The position numbers were made by a program, and so were the translations under genes. A stretch of DNA of 64,000 nt, taken from Octopus sinensis (taxonomy: Eukaryota). This document shows, in pieces, positions 59,455 through 64,000 of this stretch (within the stretch, counting starts at the first letter, position 1; each line of letters begins with the position of its first letter). A model generated the notes under the pieces. That model worked only from the letters and a program-made list of their open reading frames with translations. It was not told the origin of the DNA and did not search any database. The stretch is from positions 46,822,464 to 46,886,463 of the forward strand of contig NC_043011.1 of assembly GCF_006345805.1 (NCBI RefSeq), in the 5' to 3' direction.

Positions 59455-61510
59455 GTGTGTGTATTGTGTATACATGTGTGTGTGTGTGTAAGTGTGTATG
59501 TGTGTTTATGTGTCTGGTGTATTTGATAATGTGTATATGTAAGTGTAAGTGTGTATGTGTGTCTATGTGTCTGGTGTATTTGATAGTGTGTATATGTGTG
59601 TGTGTGTGTAAGTGTGTATGTGTGTCTACGTGTCTGGTGTATTTGATAGTGTGTATATGTGTATATGTAAGTGTGTATGTGTGTCTATGTGTCTGGTGTA
59701 TTTGATAATGTGTATATGTGTGTGTGTGTAAGTGTGTATGTGTGTCTATGTGTCTGGTGTATTCGATAGTGTGTGTATATGTGTGTGTGTGTGTAAGTGT
59801 GTATGTGTGTCTATGTGTCTGGTGTATTTGATAGTGTGTATATGTGTGTGTGTGTGTAAGTGTGTATGTGTGTGTCTATGTGTCTGGTGTATTTGATAGT
59901 GTGTGTATATGTGTGTGTGTGTAAGTGTGTATGTGTGTCTATGTGTCTGGTGTATTTGATAGTGTGTATATGTGTGTGTGTGTAAGTGTGTATGTGTGTC
60001 TATGTGTCTGGTGTATTTGATAGTGTGTATATGTGTGTGTGTGTAAGTGTGTATGTGTGTCTATGTGTCTGGTGTATTCGATAGTGTGTGTATATGTGTG
60101 TGTGTGTGTAAGTGTGTATGTGTGTCTATGTGTCTGGTGTATTTGATAGTGTGTATATGTGTGTGTGTGTGTAAGTGTGTATGTGTGTCTATGTGTCTGG
60201 TGTATTTGATAGTGTGTATTGTGTGTGTGGTTAAGTGTGTCTATGTGTCTGGTGTATTTGATAGTGTGTACATGTGTGTGTGTGTAAGTGTGTATGTGTG
60301 TGTATGTCTATGTGTCTGGTGTATTCGATGTGTGTATATGTGTGTGGTGTGTAAGTGTGTATGTGTGTCTATGTGTCTGGTGTATTTGATAGTGTGTATA
60401 TGTGTGTGTGTGTAAGTGTGTATGTGTGTCTATGGGTCTGTGTATTCGATAGTGTGTGTATATGTGTGTGTGTGTGTAAGTGTGTATGTGTGTCTATGTG
60501 TCTGGTGTATTTGATAGTGTGTATATGTGTGTGTGTGTAAGTGTGTCTATGTGTCTGGTGTATTTGATAGTGTGTATATGTGTGTGTGTGTGTAAGTGTG
60601 TATGTGTGTCTATGTGTCTGGTGTATTTGATAGTGTGTATATGTGTGTGTGTAAGTGTGTCTATGTGTCTGGTGTATTTGATAGTGTGTATATGTGTGTG
60701 TGTGTAAGTGTGTATGTGTGTGTCTATGTGTCTGGTGTATTCGATAGTGTGTGTATATGTGTGTGTGTGTGTAAGTGTGTATGTGTGTCTATGTGTCTGG
60801 TGTATTTGATAGTGTGTATATGTGTGTGTGTGTAAGTGTGTATGTGTGTCTATGTGTCTGGTGTATTTGATAGTGTGTACATGTGTGTGTGTGTAAGTGT
60901 GTATGTGTGTCTATGTGTCTGGTGTATTCGATAGTGTGTGTATATGTGTGTGTGTGTGTAAGTGTGTATGTGTGTCTATGTGTCTGGTGTATTTGATAGT
61001 GTGTATATGTGTGTGTGTGTAAGTGTGTATGTGTGTGTCTATGTGTCTGGTGTATTCGATAGTGTGTGTATATGTGTGTGTGTGTGTGTAAGTGTGTATG
61101 TGTGTCTATGTGTCTGGTGTATTTGATAGTGTGTATATGTGTGTGTGTGTAAGTGTGTATGTGTGTCTATGTGTCTGGTGTATTTGATAGTGTGTATATG
61201 TGTGTGTGTGTAAGTGTGTGTGTGTGTGTCTATGTGTCTGGTGTATTCGATAGTGTGTGTATATGTGTGTGTGTGTGTAAGTGTGTATGTGTGTCTATGT
61301 GTCTGGTGTATTTGATAGTGTGTACATGTGTGTGTGTGTAAGTGTGTATGTGTGTCTATGTGTCTGGTGTATTCGATAGTGTGTGTATATGTGTGTGTGT
61401 GTGTAAGTGTGTATGTGTGTCTATGTGTCTGGTGTATTTGATAGTATGTGCATATGTGTGTGTGTGTGTAAGTGTCTAAGTGTGTTTATGTGTCTGGTGC
61501 ATTTGATAGT
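59455..61510. repeat. About 2-kb minisatellite, 52-64-bp unit (gtaagtgtgtatgtgtgtctatgtgtctggtgtatttgatagtgtgtatat(gt)n)
   Basis: Roughly 33-35 copies; length variation comes mainly from the internal (GT)n. Confidence 0.95.
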
Positions 61511-62012
61511 GTGTGCACATATAAATGCTGTGTATATATACATATATATAGATGGATACATAGATATGCACACATACACACACAAAGATCCATATATAAT
61601 GTGTGTATGTGTACATGTGTGTGTGTGTCTATAAATATATGCGCACACACACACACACACACTTATATATGCATGCTTATGCATGTACATGTCTCTGTGC
61701 TTGTGTATGTCCATGCACATAGACACATAAAATACGAATCTGTGTTCCAATTCAATCATTTTTATTAAAGATTCTTGCTATTTTCTTAATAGTCCTTGAT
61801 GTTTCGTGTAGAACAGTAGTGTTCTTAATTCAATTATTAATGATGTTACAAGACCTTCTCAGCTCATCATCGTACAGTTGTCTTTACATTTTCACCATTT
61901 CAAAAGTGAGCAATATTGCTTTCGTCCTTAAACTTAATGCTTTGTCTTACAGAGATTGGTGAAATAATTTCTGAGTTGAAACAAATAATGCAGGTGAATT
62001 GATTGTCTAAAC

Positions 62013-62273
62013 TATTGGTTCAGGCTGCCGCTGCCCCACCCTGGCACCCAGGCCACATTCCTAGCACCCTCTATCCTTACCCTACTACAAACATAGACCA
62101 CTTTGCTCAGTAAATTCAGAACTGTATTTCACAAATAAAACAATGTCATTAACCCATTATTGTTTTTTTTTTACATCCATTGCCCCCTTTTTTCCATCCT
62201 ACAATTGCTCCACTTTTCTTGCATGTCTCCACCACTCTCAAGGGTGCAGTATTGCCCACTTTGAGAACCAGTG
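62013..62273. mobile_element. hAT-family MITE related to 16054-16333
   Basis: 8-bp TSD gtctaaac (62005-12, 62274-81); right TIR actttgagaaccagtg; shared internal cacattcctagc and aacccattatt. Confidence 0.82.
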
Positions 62274-62289
62274 GTCTAAACCCTAGAAG

Positions 62290-62410
62290 CTGGTATGGGT
62301 TGGATTGTCAGACAGGATCTAATGGGCCCCTGCTTCATGCTCCATTTGTTGTCAGCTTTGGCATGGTTTCTATAGCTAGATGCCTTTCTTCATGCCAATT
62401 ACTTTACAGC
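62290..62410 (-). mobile_element. Degenerate RTE 3'-end copy
   Basis: gctggtatgggttgga..ttggcatggtttctatagctagatgcctttc. Confidence 0.55.
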
Positions 62411-62624
62411 TACTGTTTGTTGCTAGTTAAATGACATTTACGACCAATGGTTTGCTGTGAGTGTGTGCATGTGTGTCTGTGTGTATCTCCATGGCAGTGA
62501 TTCCATGTGGTTTTGCACTTCTAGGTAAATCCAAGTAGTCAAAGTGTACCTTGATAAAAATGACAACCTGCACAAATGACTAGAAGGTGAAAACGAGGCT
62601 GTCAAAATACACAGCAATGGCTTC

Positions 62625-62790
62625 CATCATGATCATCATCATCATCATCACTTAACGTCCATTTGTCCATGCTGGCATGGGTTGGATAGTTTTGCAGGGG
62701 CTGGCTTAAGCAGAAGACTGAACAAGGCTTCCATGAACTTCCTAACACCAACCACCTTACAGAGTGGACTGAGTGCTCTTTATGTGGTGA
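62625..62790 (-). mobile_element. RTE 3'-end copy
   Basis: (cat)n cttaacgtccatttgtccatgctggcatgggttgga..ttcctaacaccaacc. Confidence 0.78.
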
Positions 62791-63284
62791 ACTGAATTCT
62801 TCAAAACGTGAATTGTGAATTTCCAAAGTCTGGAAAACATTGTACAAAAATGCTTTATGGATTTTCAGAATTATTAGAACATCAAATAAAATGTCTTCCG
62901 GAATCAGACCTAGATGTTTTTATGCATTTAAACTTCTGCTCAGAGATTCAATTTCAACTATGATCAAAGAAAACCACCTGACCACATGTCCACAAATTGA
63001 TTACAAAACTTGCAATCACTGAAGGAAGTTGGTGGCAACCATCATGTACTCTCACTAAGTAGTTACCACAGACCCCTATTGATGGTACAGTTACCATGTA
63101 CCTTAGTGCTTTGTTGTTCTCCTATGTACCACCAAAGCATCCTCACTTTCTGTGTTTCCTACCATGCATCTCCATGTTCTGTGAATATACCACTTCTTAT
63201 GTATCTACCATGCAGCCCACCACTTTCCATGTATCAACCACATATCCCTTATTTTCTGTGTATGTGCCAGGTACCTGTCCAGAA

Positions 63285-63515
63285 AGGTGGCGAGCTGGCA
63301 GAAACGTTAGCAAGCCAGGCGAAATGCTTAGTGGTATTTCGTTTACCGTTACATTCTGAGTTCAAATTCCGCTGAGGTCGACTTTGCCTTTCATCCTTTC
63401 GGGGTCAATATATTAAGTACCAGTTACGCACTGGGGTCGATATAACCAACTTAATCCCTTTGTCTGTCCTTGTTTGTCCCCTCTATGTTTAGCTCCTTGT
63501 GGGCAATAAAGAAAT
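63285..63515 (+). mobile_element. SINE family B, full length
   Basis: ggtggcgagctggcagaaacgttagc..gtcgactttgcctttcatcctttcgggg..gggcaataaagaaat. Confidence 0.92.
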
Positions 63516-63889
63516 GAGAGATCCCATGACATGCTGGTCTGCTGCCTATGATGGAAATCCTAATTAATAGAAATTTCCACTGGTTGGAACCAGAGACAAA
63601 TTAAGATAAATAGAGGCTCTAATTATTTAAGATTTTGGTGCCCCCATATATATATATATATGTAATTCAAAATATAAGCAACAATATACCATAAAATAAT
63701 TTTTTTATTTTTCAAAAATGATACAAGACGAACAGAAAGGTGGAAAATATTCGTTTTTGTTAACACCAAATCCAAAAACAAAGTTACTTTGAAAAGCTTC
63801 CTCCTTTATATTTTAATTGCAATGTCTTTAATCAGATCCTCACTATGACACAATGAACACTTCAAAATTAGATTTCTGATCATATAAAC

Positions 63890-64000
63890 ATCATCATCAT
63901 CATCATTGTTTAACATCCGCTTTCCATGCTAGCATGGGTTGGACTATTTGACTGAGGACTGGTGAACCAGATGGCTGCACCAGGCTCCAATCTTGATCTG
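63890..64000 (-). mobile_element. RTE 3'-end copy (runs off the window)
   Basis: (cat)n tgtttaacatccgctttccatgctagcatgggttggac. Confidence 0.85.

Noticed and set aside
59421-61634. Repeat array that might resemble CRISPR, or a Cys-rich repeat protein
   Set aside because: There are no unique spacers, only variable (GT)n; the context is eukaryotic, there are no cas genes, and frames are broken by unit-length changes

Overview
Eukaryotic, AT-rich window dominated by repeats, with no confidently identifiable host protein-coding gene; it looks like intron or intergenic DNA. The repeat families resemble those I recall from Octopus (coleoid cephalopod) genomes, which is inference from memory and not a database hit. 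Almost all ORFs in the six-frame track are microsatellite translations. Supported content: (1) a young, 5'-truncated RTE-clade LINE (55970-58642, minus) whose reverse transcriptase carries an in-frame C4HC3 PHD-type zinc finger; (2) remnants of CR1, two further RTE, HERO-like and R4/Dong-like LINEs; (3) about 50 copies of three tRNA-headed SINE groups plus many short RTE 3'-end copies; (4) hAT, piggyBac, Tc1/mariner and Helentron-like MITEs, several with intact TSDs and nested insertions; (5) microsatellites and two minisatellites. The ORF track misses two things. First, several minimal type I hammerhead ribozyme motifs sit in Penelope-like remnants, including a two-copy family with a compensatory U3-A8 core. 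Second, six fold-back inverted duplications of 70-240 bp per arm are present; in the two checked base by base (6.7 kb and 25.2 kb) the arms differ by CpG-type transitions. Boundaries of degenerate repeats are approximate (about +/-10-20 nt).
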